This document shows, piece by piece, positions 1 through 12,281 of a DNA stretch of 64,000 nt. A program made the translations under genes and the position numbers. The notes under the pieces are model-generated. The model was not told where the DNA came from, ran no database searches, and saw nothing but the letters and a program-made list of their open reading frames with translations. How positions within the stretch are numbered: the stretch's first letter is position 1; every line of letters begins with the position of its first letter. Source of the stretch: Octopus vulgaris (lineage: Eukaryota); NCBI GenBank assembly GCA_951406725.2, contig OX597819.1, forward strand, positions 117,304,001 through 117,368,000. Direction: 5' to 3'.

Positions 1-1164
1 TAACAGATAAGTGTTTCTTTCGCTTTTGATTAGCATATGTTTACCATGTTTAGTGATGCGTATGCCATAAATACTGACTCCATTTTAATCGACTATTTTA
101 TTTGTAAATCTTTAGTGTATGTATGCGCACTCCACACTCCTATGCTGTGTTCGATAGAGCATAGCAAAATCAACTTGTTGCTCTTGCCTCGTGAAATGGT
201 TGTCAAGTTATCGTACATTTATAGCCTGGATATATAAATGTTTATGTTTCTCCTTCAAAATACAAATCCTATTGTTAATCAGTTGCATTTCACATGTTTA
301 CATGTAGGTGGTTTGCTATGAATAAGAAGGATTGAGATTTAAATATTTTTTATCGGAATATTCTATAGTTTAAAAAATCCGAAGATTAAACGAAATCTAG
401 ACTATAATAGCTAAGCTAACAAAATAAAAGAGAAAACGACAGAACAACAGAGGCAAAAAATAAACGGTGATCGATACATCCAATAACAACCTTATTAAGA
501 ATAACCTACACACATACACACTAATGTATTATATGGATTGAGTATGTAATGTCTATAAAATAGATTAATGCATGACTAAGAAAAAAAGCTGTAAAGCAGA
601 ACATTAACTAAAATATAAGAAGAGAAATGCTGCAAAAATAATAAAGTTAAAATCGTTCTTATTAAGGCAAACTCACGCAAAAAATACGTACCATCAATAT
701 TAGAGTCGAAATGTGAGTATACCAGTCCTCTTGTGTGTATTCATTCTATCGAATATTCTAATTCACTTATTCCGTCGTCGAAAGTTTAAATTCAATAATA
801 CGTACTTTATTCATGAAGTTACAGTTTAATAATCGCAATAGCAAGTAAAATTATTAAATTTAGACGCTTGTAGCTCGATTTCTTTTGTAATTAGATTTAT
901 ACTGCACTAATATTAACCTGATAGATATATTCGAAACACAATTGTTCATTTTTAATAACTAGACAAGAGAAACGATATTTACGAATAATTTAGTAATAGT
1001 AAATCAGGTTTTATCTAAGACTTCTACTCGTTAAATATAGCAAACTAGTCTAATGGCAACGTTAAAACTTTGGAAATAACACTGAGCCTTGACAAATATA
1101 TACGAAGAAAATATTAGGTGCGTTGTAAAGTGCAATAGGTAAGATTAATCCAGTCAATACTTGC

Positions 1165-1370
<206 letters not shown>

Positions 1371-2409
1371 CATCTGCCTATCTGCATATATGAACATTTT
1401 TAGTACATCATAAAGTAATTTATTCTTTAGCTACGATTTAAATCCTTAAAGAACAGGAAATACATTTCATGAATAAACGTATCGCAATGCTATGAATATA
1501 ATAAATTGTATATAATTTTTCAATGTAAAACATTTGCAGTTCTTGGGACTAAAACGCAAAATTAATACGACCAAACAACCGACAAACTAACCAGTCTACC
1601 TGCCTACGTATATAGTACCTTCCTAACCTGCGTATGAGTGTGTATATGCATGTATATATCAACATATGCGTGTGTATGTTTATAAATTAGTTGCTTATGT
1701 ACATTATACATACACCAACAAATACGTATATATATATATATTAGCCGAATAACACGACGTTGGCGGGCAGTTGTTTTACAGTACAATGTCTTATGTAATT
1801 GTTTTGTTTATTCCATGTCAGATCATAATTTTCCCGACAGATAGGAACTATTGACTAGGACAGGTCTGTGCAACTTTTCTTTAAAAATATTCGTTGAGGA
1901 TTGCTTTCTTTATTAAAATTATTTACATCTTAGTTCGACTGTTTCACTTGATTTTATTCAGTAAAGCTTATAAAACCTACAGCAGTTGTTACAAATTTGT
2001 TTGTCGTAATGCTTTGCTTTCGTTTGTTTAATGACATTTCTTCCTCTTAAGGATTTGGCTTTCAGTTTGTGATAAACAACTATCATACAGAAGATGCCAG
2101 CTTCCAAACCCTGTAGGTAAAATTAATTACACCTGAAACCTGGAACCGCAGTAACATTTTCCTGCAACTCTTTCGAGAACAAATAAAGAACAAAATCGGA
2201 TTTAACGTGGACAATTATTTCAATATACCAAAAGTGAAAAGTTTGACGTAATTTAAAAAAATCCCAATACAATATGTGACAGCCCCAGGGAAGATACTAC
2301 AAAAGTAGAGACCCACAATTATAGGGCGTCACATACACACACACTTACAAACGTACACACAAGCAAACACGTGTTTAAAATACTGCATAGCAGACGTGTA
2401 TGTATGTGT

Positions 2410-2463
<54 letters not shown>

Positions 2464-2987
2464 CATATATGCCTGTATGTGTGTGTCTGTGTGTGAGTGT
2501 TTCTTTGCCATGGGCGCAACAAAGAAGCAACCTAATCCCTCTCTCCTTAAAGCTACGTACTCCTCACATCCACGTGTCTTTCCCTTCCTCGGCGCTTTAA
2601 ATGTTAGTTATGTGCATGTGTGTAGCAATGCCGCGTGTATATATCCGTAAATGAGAATTGTATTGACGTTATCATACCTCTGCTATTCCATAGTTGTCGC
2701 GTACACAAAGCTGTTCCCTCCTTCCCTAATACCAGACACACTCACTATTCCACCACGTTTCCCTCGCACTAGCGCTCTTTGTACCCTTCTCATTTTATCA
2801 AATAATATTCCCCCACTAAGGGGCACATTTTAGATTTTTATTGAGATCAAACTATCTCATAATTGAAATGGATGTTGGTTTCACTTACTTGCAAAGTTTC
2901 GTCAACATTGATTCACTGGTACAAGCATCAAGATAGCAAAAGTCAGATCGACAGACGGAAATTGCCATTTAGGTTTAAGATATATAT

Positions 2988-3143
2988 AGCTATGTGGTAA
3001 GGAGCTTGCTACCCAGCCGTACGGTTCCGTTTTCAATCCTAGTGCGTGGCACATTGGTCATGTGTCTTCTATTGTAGCTCGGCTTCAATCATAGAATTGG
3101 GAGTGGATTTGGCTGACGAAAACTGAAAGAAGCCCGTCGCATG

Positions 3144-3197
<54 letters not shown>

Positions 3198-3490
3198 GTT
3201 TGCTTGCGTATGTGCGTGTGTGTTTCTGTGTGCATTTTTGTATCTGTGCGTGTGTGTCGTTGTGTCTTTGTTTGTTCCCCCCCCGCCACCACTTGAAGTT
3301 TTCACATCCTTATAACTTAGCGATTCGCTAAAATGCACCGGTAGAATAATTAATAGGCTTAACAATATAATGCCTGGGGTGGAGTTTTCGAATAAAACCC
3401 TTCAATGGCAGAAAAAAACGAAAGAAAGACGAAAGAGTTTGATACATAGTACCAGCATGACCGAAATCATATGATAGAAGCAAGAAAAAG
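2988..3490 (+). mobile_element. SINE family A (tRNA head, internal TA/TG microsatellite), diverged copy
   Basis: gctatgtggtaaggagcttgct...gagtggatttggctgacgaaaactgaaagaagcccgtcg then (TG)n; aligns by eye to the copy at 50125-50552. Confidence 0.8.
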
Positions 3491-4914
3491 AATATAAAAA
3501 CATATACATGTACATACATGAACACACACACATACATATAGATGTACAAATAAAATTTTAAAAAAACAGAACACAAAGGATATCGCGGTACACGTGTTTC
3601 AAGCTTTATAAACAATCCATTATTACATCAGTGTATTCTTGATATAAAAGGTAGTTTAAACCTCTCTTCAGTCGCAAACATTGTTAGTCCAAAGAATTAC
3701 ATCACAATATAAAAAATATGAAAAGCACATGTAGTATTACCCATTATAATAGGTATATCATATCACCTTCAAAAAGTGTATTTGTAAAATTTCCTAACTG
3801 TATAAATGTATAAAGATTCATTGGATTTGGGTAATACTACATGCACTTTTCATATTTTTTATATTGTGATGTAATTCTTTGGACTAACAGTATTTGCGGC
3901 TGAAGAGAGCTTTAAACCATCTTTTATATACATGTACATATATGAACATATTTTAAGATATAGAGGGACATACACACGCGCACACGCACAGAGGCGTAGA
4001 CACACATATAGAGAGGCAGGCAGAAACAGAATGTGGGAGACAGACAGGCAGAAAAAAACGAAAGAAAGACGAAAGAGTTTGATACATAGTACCGAGGCAT
4101 CATTTATTCATGTCAACACAACAATCACAGCAGCCAAGTGGAGTTTGAATTGCCTAGCGTCAGCCAACATAATTAAGAATACGATCCACGCTTTGGACTG
4201 ATCACTTTTGCAGATAGTACCATCGTTGTACATCTTACTGACTATTTAAAGAAATAATTATTTATCGCTTCACGATATTTATTGATGGCAATCTGTAAAT
4301 ATACTTCGACTGCTTTATACATGAGAACCATGATTTTCTACGTTAGAATTATTCAAACACATTTATTATTCCGAACTATGATTAGAATATACAACACAAG
4401 ACCTCTATCTTGTGCAGGAATAAATCTTAAAGTGATATCTTCAATATCGACGAGAATTGTTCGTATTGTTGTGGAAGATAAATGAATAGCATACACGCTA
4501 TTGTAAGTGCTTTAGTGATGAACGAAATATACATTGATAAAGATCAGTTATTGATTTCCTTCATCGAAATACAGCATTTAACTCAAATATAACAATCATA
4601 TTCTTCACTGGCTAAAATTCCAACATTCTATAGGTAAATTTAATCGAAGACTGTCCATAAAATTAACGTTGAACAGAATGATGAAATGGCATATAATTAC
4701 CGAATAACATATATTCGTGTAAGAAACAGACTGTTTGGCAGAGTAAGGAACTTTCATAATAAACAACGCAGTAGATATAACGTATTGAATATTATGTTTA
4801 TTATTATTTTTTATACATCTTTCACTTATATTCAGTTCTATTTTTGATCGTGTGAAGTCATTCTTTATATTGGTAATAACTTTCTGACAGCGGTCGTCTT
4901 CAGTACAATATTTT

Positions 4915-5325
4915 TTTATTTCTTTATTGCCCACAAGGGGCACACATAGAGGGGACAAGCAAGGAAAGGCATAGGGATTAAGTCCATTAGATCGATCCCA
5001 GTGCGTAACTGGTACTTAATTTATCGACCCCGAGAGGATGAAAGGCAAAGTCGACCTGGACGGAATTTGAACTCCGAACGTAACGGCAGACGAAATACCT
5101 ATTTCTTTACTACCCACAAGGGGCTAAACATAGAGAAGACAAACAAGGACAGACACACGGATTCAGTCGATTATATCGACTTCAGTGCGTAACTGGTACT
5201 CATTTAATCGACCCCGAAAGGATGAAAGGGAAAGTCGACCTCGGCGGAATTTGAACTCAGAACGTAACGGCAGACGAAATAACACTAAGCGTTTTACCCA
5301 GCGTGCTAACGATTCTGCCAGCTTT
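4915..5325 (-). mobile_element. SINE family B, two tandem ~184-bp units
   Basis: Repeated block gaaaggatgaaaggcaaagtcgacctcggcggaatttgaactc (B-box gagttcaaattcc on minus strand); same family as 61404-61800. Confidence 0.9.
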
Positions 5326-5484
5326 AGTACAGTATGTAGCCACAACATCGTGATATGGATTTTATTTTTTGGCACAAGGCCAGCAATATCGGGGAAACAA
5401 TATCTCGACTACATCAACCCATTTGAACTCAGAACGGTAAGACAGACGAAATGCCCGGCAATTTGTTAGTTTTTTTTTTATTTG

Positions 5485-5840
5485 TTTGACTGCAGCCATG
5501 CTGGAGTACTGCCTTTAGTCGAGCAAATCGACCCGAGGATTTATTATTTTTAAGCCTAGTACTTATTCTAGTACTAGGCTAAGTTACTGGGACGAAAACA
5601 CACCAGCACCGGTTATCAAGCGATGTCATGGGGGAAAGGCACAGACAACAGACACACACACTCACACACACACACACACACACACGCACACACACACACA
5701 TACATATATATACATATATATGAGGGGATTCTTTCAGTTTCCGTCTATCAAATCCACTCACAAGGCTTTGGTCGGACCGAGGCTATAGAGGAAGACTCTT
5801 GCCCAAGGTGCCAAACAGTGGGACCTCACAGCCATTCCTG
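5485..5840 (-). mobile_element. SINE family A copy
   Basis: ctttcagtttccgtctatcaaatccactcacaaggctttggtcgg...gcccaaggtgcca is the reverse complement of the family A core. Confidence 0.85.
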
Positions 5841-6724
5841 ATATCGGGAATTAATTCTTGTTTCACTTGTAGTGAAAAAAGGAATTGATTTTATAATTTC
5901 CAGTTGTTTCAAATTCGGCGACTTGGGAAAAATACATACCACATAAAAAACACGTCGAAGATTAAATTAGAGAAGAACGAATAGGTAAGGAGTTTATAGT
6001 TTTGCCAATAGATTTTTCGTACAACAAACCCCTAGTTGTATCGTTCTAAACACTTTCCAGGAAAATAAGGAGATTTAGGTATTACTAGCTTGAAGATCTA
6101 AACATAGAAGAATGTTACTTATTGGCATTGAGCAAGCATTATAAGCTTAACAACTAAAAATGTGTTGGTTGCTCAGTTATTTTCTTTACAATCCGAAATA
6201 GACTGCAGCGTGTAATTGTGTGTGCTACTCAGGCGATAGTAGATTATTATATACTACATACGTACATCTTCATCCCACTACACTCATATATGTATGTACA
6301 TTTATATGTCTGTCTGTATATATGTATATATGTATGTATGTATGTATGTATGCATTTATGTTTGTATATAAATATATATGTGTGCGTGTGTGTATGTGTA
6401 TGTGTGTATGTGTGTGTGTGTGTGTGTGTGTATGTGTGTGTTATAATTTCTAAATCACTCAAGAGGAGATACAACAATAGTACTGGTTAATGATATTTAT
6501 TATTAACAGTAACCCCTGCTGTACTCGGCTGCTGCATATTGATAAGGGGCAACTACCCTGTATTCGGTCTGTTGGAAGGTTTATGGACGCAGGTTTGTGC
6601 ATCATATAGTTAGCTTGAAGCGATCGCCTCTCGGAGCTAATCTACAGGAGTATTCCTGGTAGTTGTCTGAACTGCCACGTTAGTTTGGCAATAGATATCC
6701 GCGCGCACACACACACATATATAT

Positions 6725-7540
6725 GCGTGGTCTGATCAATAAATATTGGGACTGTTACCATAATAACGAAGCTAAGGAAAGCAGAGTAAACCCGCTCGGC
6801 ACAGATTTGAATGTTGCTCTCCAGGCGCGCTATGTCTTAACGTTCTAATTCACTTTCGCTGTTTACAGTAGTGCTTACAAGGAAGGTACACAACGTGTGA
6901 TCGTTGCATTGAACATGAGAGAAAAAGTTGAGCGTAGAATCTGCATCATATTTTATCAAAAATCTTGGCGATTCCTGCTTAGAGGCCTAAAATAAGTTTT
7001 TCAAAAAGCTTTCATTGTTCTCGACAAAATCAAGGATATCGTGTGTAACTGAACCTCGAATGTCTTTTGATCCGTCGAAAGCAGTTTTGGCAGAAACTTG
7101 GTAGACTCATGCCTAAATCTTCAGTGATAAAGAACTGAACTGTAACTACTCTGCACATCGTGATTCAACGATTTCGCCTCAGTTGCATGAATACCTGCGA
7201 TGTTTCTCAGTTCTGCTGGTAACGGATCTCCCAGAACTTTCATCACTATCGACATTGTCTGGGTCATCTTGGAAACGTCTGAACCACTTGTACATTTGTG
7301 TGCGGCTCATACGCTCCTTTCCATACCCTTTCTGCAACTCTGCGTAGCCTTCTGAGCAGGTATCTCCTAGACAACTTTCTGTGAGTATGTCAATGTGTCG
7401 ATTACATACTACGCACTTTCCTTCCAAGCACTGCTGGAAACAGCAGAAGTGTGGTACGGCGTCTAAATTTCGGACGCTAGTACAACAGATTTTATGGTCA
7501 GTGTGTTCCAAGTGACATTACTTACTGATGAGACCCCGTA
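6725..7540. mobile_element. Degenerate mariner relic: two transposase N-terminal fragments in opposite orientation
   Basis: Plus strand KVERRICIIF-like start near 6920; minus ORF 7179..7511 has MSRTQMYKWFRRFQ...SGRSVTS, typical of the mariner HTH region. Confidence 0.7.
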
Positions 7541-7749
7541 TATGTATATACTGTATATATATATATCTTGTTGCATATTTTGATTATAATCACCCCACGG
7601 ATTTATATAGATAACAGCATACAGAATTCTGATGCATCTAAATTAAGTACCATATTCATTTGTATATATATATACATATATATGGGGTGTGTTCTACAGA
7701 TACATATATGTGTGTGTGTTTCGAAGTTTGTCTCCTTGCCTATTTATGT

Positions 7750-7965
7750 TTCTTTTCTACTCTAGGCACAAGGCCCGAAATTTTAGGGCAGGGAGCCAGT
7801 CGCTCAGATCGTCCCCAGTACGCAACTGGTACTTAATTCATCGGACTCGAAAGGATGAAAGGCAAAGTCGACCTCGGGGGAATTTTAACTCAGAACATAA
7901 AAACAGACGAAATACAGCTAAGCATTTCGCCCAGAGTGCTAACGTTTCTGCCAGCACGCCGTCTT
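7750..7965 (-). mobile_element. SINE family B (tail variant a)
   Basis: Family B core with the ttttctactctaggcacaaggcccgaaattt tail. Confidence 0.85.
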
Positions 7966-8516
7966 GGTCTATAATTTCATTGATGTGTACAACAGTATGC
8001 GAAGTTGTGAGTGTGCTTGTGCATTACTTAGTGTGTTACTGCGGATTTGTATATGTTTGCATTTAGATGTGACTATTGGTTAGGTTCCATTTTAGCCCAT
8101 TTTGATATAGATTAATTTTAGATGTCTTTAGGAAATATCAGTAAGTTCTAGATTTTCTAACACCATTTGAAAACTCCCTTTGTTCAATACTATTTCTTGG
8201 TTATTATTTCATGTGATGTGTTCCGTTCCCGATTGAATAAATTTATAGTTAATTTTTTAAGTACTATTATATACTGTTCACATTTTTTTCTTTTTAGATT
8301 TACAATACCAATTGTACTTCCTGTTAACGCTTTTGGTTATTTTTGTAACATTTAGGATTGTAAATTCCCTCTAATTAGATCCATCGGTTCGATTATTATG
8401 AAGCAGTGTATCTTTATTTTACGGACTCTACACAGCTAAGGATCTCTAGTCGTTGTCTTACATATATTGTTTATAAAGAGAAAATTATGTACGTAGATTT
8501 AGTGTTGAATTATTTG

Positions 8517-8569
8517 CGTAACAATGATGTTCTGGTGATCTGATCTACCTTTCTTAATCTGCAATGATT

Positions 8570-8621
<52 letters not shown>

Positions 8622-8772
8622 TATATTTAGCCACCTGTCACTTTTAGAATTACGGCCGTTTTCAACCTTCTTCATGTTATAAATATTTCAGTGAATTATA
8701 AATTATGTTTACAATTCTATTCTCGTATGCAGATTGAGAAAGGTAGATCAGATCACCAGAACATTATTGTTA
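8517..8772. repeat. Inverted repeat with ~45-bp arms
   Basis: acaatgatgttctggtgatctgatctacctttcttaatctgca versus tgcagattgagaaaggtagatcagatcaccagaacattattgt. Confidence 0.85.
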
Positions 8773-8783
8773 AATCATACATG

Positions 8784-8836
<53 letters not shown>

Positions 8837-9130
8837 TTGCCTCTCATACCTCCTGATGACTTATGGTTTATATACCCCTATTGAGATAATTTAATCTCCA
8901 GGATTAATCGATTTTGATTTCGATTTCGTGGAATACTGCATTATATAGTTCTATACTAGATGACTATGTGACCCGTTAGCCGATTCCGCTAGAGCATCTT
9001 TCTTTGATACCAACATAATTCTATGAATCCATATATTACAAAGCACACACGCCCACACACACACACACAGACACACAGACACCCAGACACACACACATAC
9101 ACATATATATACATATATATGTATATATAC

Positions 9131-9185
<55 letters not shown>

Positions 9186-9208
9186 TAAAAATGTACTTAT
9201 ATATATAT

Positions 9209-9261
<53 letters not shown>

Positions 9262-9289
9262 TACATAAGTACATGCAAGAAATATTGGC

Positions 9290-9430
9290 TCGCCGAGCAA
9301 CCTCAGAACGTAACGTTTTGAGATCAAATTCCGCCGAGGGCAATTTTGCCTTTCATCCCTTCTTCGGGTTTGATAAATTAAGTGCTTGTTGCGTACTGGG
9401 ATCAATCTAATCGACTGGCCCCCGCTTCCC
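9290..9430 (+). mobile_element. SINE family B fragment
   Basis: caaattccgccgagggcaattttgcctttcatccc...gcgtactgggatcaatctaatcgactggccc. Confidence 0.75.
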
Positions 9431-11999
9431 GATATGTATGTATGTATATGAAATTTATGTAGGTAAAAATATGCTTTGACATATTCAAAATTATGAATGC
9501 AAATTCATGTTTTTATCATAAGAAAAAAAATTATCTCCACGGTAACAACAGCGAGTTTGCTTTTAAATGTAAAAATATGTCAAACCTTACTTTGATTAAA
9601 CTAAATTTTGTTTTATCCATATCACAGCTCAGTTCTAATTCAAACTAGCACACAGACGTGCATTCACACAAACACTCAAACCCGTTCGCATACACATACA
9701 CACACGAAAGCATGTGTTTATATTTCGTTAATTATCGCATGTTTGTGCATTATTCTTGTTTGTACAGTGCATGAACATCAACTCTCGAGTAACTATTGTT
9801 ATTTGTTCAGGTGTCTCCAAGAACAGAAATTCGTACACTTATTTCATGTATGTTGACATTTTACTAGCGGAACTATTTGTGTTTGTATGAATGCCGAGGG
9901 ATATTAGCACTTTATAAATGCTACATACGTACATGTTTATTGCAATGTTGATTTATGTCTCTTGTAACTGTACAGTTGTTTCAATGGCGAAACAAAGCTA
10001 TTCTTCTATCTCCCTATGTTATAACATACACATCTGAAAGAAATAAGTATTGCGTATCCATGGTTTCTTGGTAAATATGTTTTTCTCTCGGCTATTATAT
10101 TTAATCCAGCTAACTTAAGATGTATTTCTACGTGTTTCTTCTCCTCTCTATTTTAATTTAACTTTTGTCTTTTCTATCATCGCAATATATCAATATTTTA
10201 TGCTTGCTCGGATATTTTTATTCCTCACATGTGTTTCTATGCTTATGTTGCCCTATTTGTATTTGTTAACTAACATCAGTAGCGCATTCTATGAAAGCGC
10301 CGCAGCAGTGTTACCGTCACTTTAACTCCGACATTTATGCTAGCTCTAAAGACTCAGACAGATGTTCCATGAAAGCTATACGAAGAGTATTAATACCGAG
10401 TACTGTTCGAAAATCTGCAGTATTTTTCGGTACGAGTAATATTCTAATATTGGATACCTATGTTGTGTTGTAGAATGATAGATGCAGCAATTGTAAGGAA
10501 GCGAAAAAAAAAGAAGAAAACTATCCGTTTCTTTTTTTAGTATCGCATTAAAACACTTATCATGCTTAAGTCCAAACAGTAAACGTCAAACACAATTGTT
10601 ATAATTTTAAAAAATATTTTAGTTTATAGTAGCAACTGATGTCTATTTACCTTTCACCTTTTTCATGCTGCACGAAACACGTATTCTAATAATACTAACA
10701 AACAGCCATCCGAAACGAATTCCCTAGTATGCAGTACCAAATTAATGTCAAAATCATATTTTGGAAATCATTGCTTCATGCAAAGAGAGAGGCGAATGCA
10801 TCTAACATCAAATTCGCAAGTACGTAACGAAATGAAATACGTATGCTAGTATCTTTCAACCAGCCTTTGCAACAACAATCCCCCTATTGCAATATAGAGG
10901 AAAGATATAGAAGAATTCAGGAATCGTTTGTGTAGTATTAAAGAGAAATAGTATAACAATATTGATTCTCACATATGTGAGAACGAGATATTTATTGCTT
11001 ACAACATTGACATCACATTTTTGAGAACGTTACTTGAACATTTACTGCACAATAAAATTTAGTGAATAATCATTCTTGATGGGGCCAGTTCGCTAAATAC
11101 ATTGAAGTAGGCAAAGTAGTGTGAATTCTTTATCTCATGCACATTGCAGTAGGCGAGATGTTGCATTGCATTGCATGGTGAATCGAAATCTGCGCATAGA
11201 TAAAATTAGATTTCTTGAACAGTCATTAAATGCAGTCTAAAACTCTCAGACACTCTGTATCATTCTTTCTCTCCATCGATAAAACTCTCTAACACTATTT
11301 CCCTATTTACAACACTCGCTCAATTTTGTTCGAACTAAACTTATTTGAAGCGCGAATCAATTCTATCAGTAATAGAATGGAGCTCTAAATTGTGCCAGAT
11401 TCGTGTTAAATATCGAATCATTAACAGGAATACGATAATGGCCATAACGTTGCTAGACACATCAGGTATTTTCTACAGTTTCATTATGTTAAATTTGAAG
11501 GAAGCTGAACGGTGCGTATATTCATGAAAATAAATACGCTTTCTGAACATTGTGCATCATCTCATACATACATTTAGAAATACATACATACATACACACA
11601 TAATACATACATTTACGCATACATAAATAATGATGCAACTCGATTTGGAGCTTAGTTATCACTTGCGTACAATATTACATATGAGCAGCAAAGATGGTTT
11701 TCTTTTTCTTGTTAGGACTCTATAATATTGTTCAATGATGTGACTGCCATAGGTGATTCTTCCACTATATTCTCAAAAGGCTCAACGTCCAAACGGAAAC
11801 ATGTCTCATCACGCCATGGAATCTTTCATTGAGAGTGATGCTCACTTTGGTTACAGTAAACCATAGTATGCAACACATAAGTGAAGATGTTAAAAATCAA
11901 GCTATGACAGTAGACGAACCATTTAAAACAAGGAACGACATCCTACAGGGTTAATCTCATCCTGTAAGCGTACGTACATTTATATATGTATACACATAT

Positions 12000-12204
12000 A
12001 AAGGTAAGCAACAACAAAAATTTGGAAAACAGGACAAGTAAACACAAAGAGAGGACCCCAAACTAGTTGTTGGCTGACTATCTACTCCCCATTAAAGGTT
12101 GAATGCTCGACGTGGGAAGGATATAGGCAGCCAACAACTGATAATGAGTCCTTTCTCTGTGTTTACCTTCCTGTTTTCCATTTTTTCCTGTTATTTGTAC
12201 CTTT
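12000..12204. repeat. Imperfect fold-back with ~90-bp arms; related sequence at ~37960-38070
   Basis: ggaaaacaggacaagtaaacacaaagagaggac...agttgttggctg versus cagccaacaactg...gtcctttctctgtgtttaccttcctgttttcc. Confidence 0.75.
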
Positions 12205-12281
12205 GGTGACGTCCTGAACCCATATATGCATGTATATATATATAGGCACAGGAGTGGCTGTGTGGTAAGTAGCTTGCTAAC

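Noticed and set aside
4915-5325. CRISPR-like regular repeats (also 55402-55968 and 16413-16557)
   Set aside because: No unique spacers or cas genes; these are SINE-derived tandem units in eukaryotic DNA.
12114-12165. Hammerhead in the 12-kb fold-back
   Set aside because: Core reads ctgataatga with no GAAA or stems I can assign.
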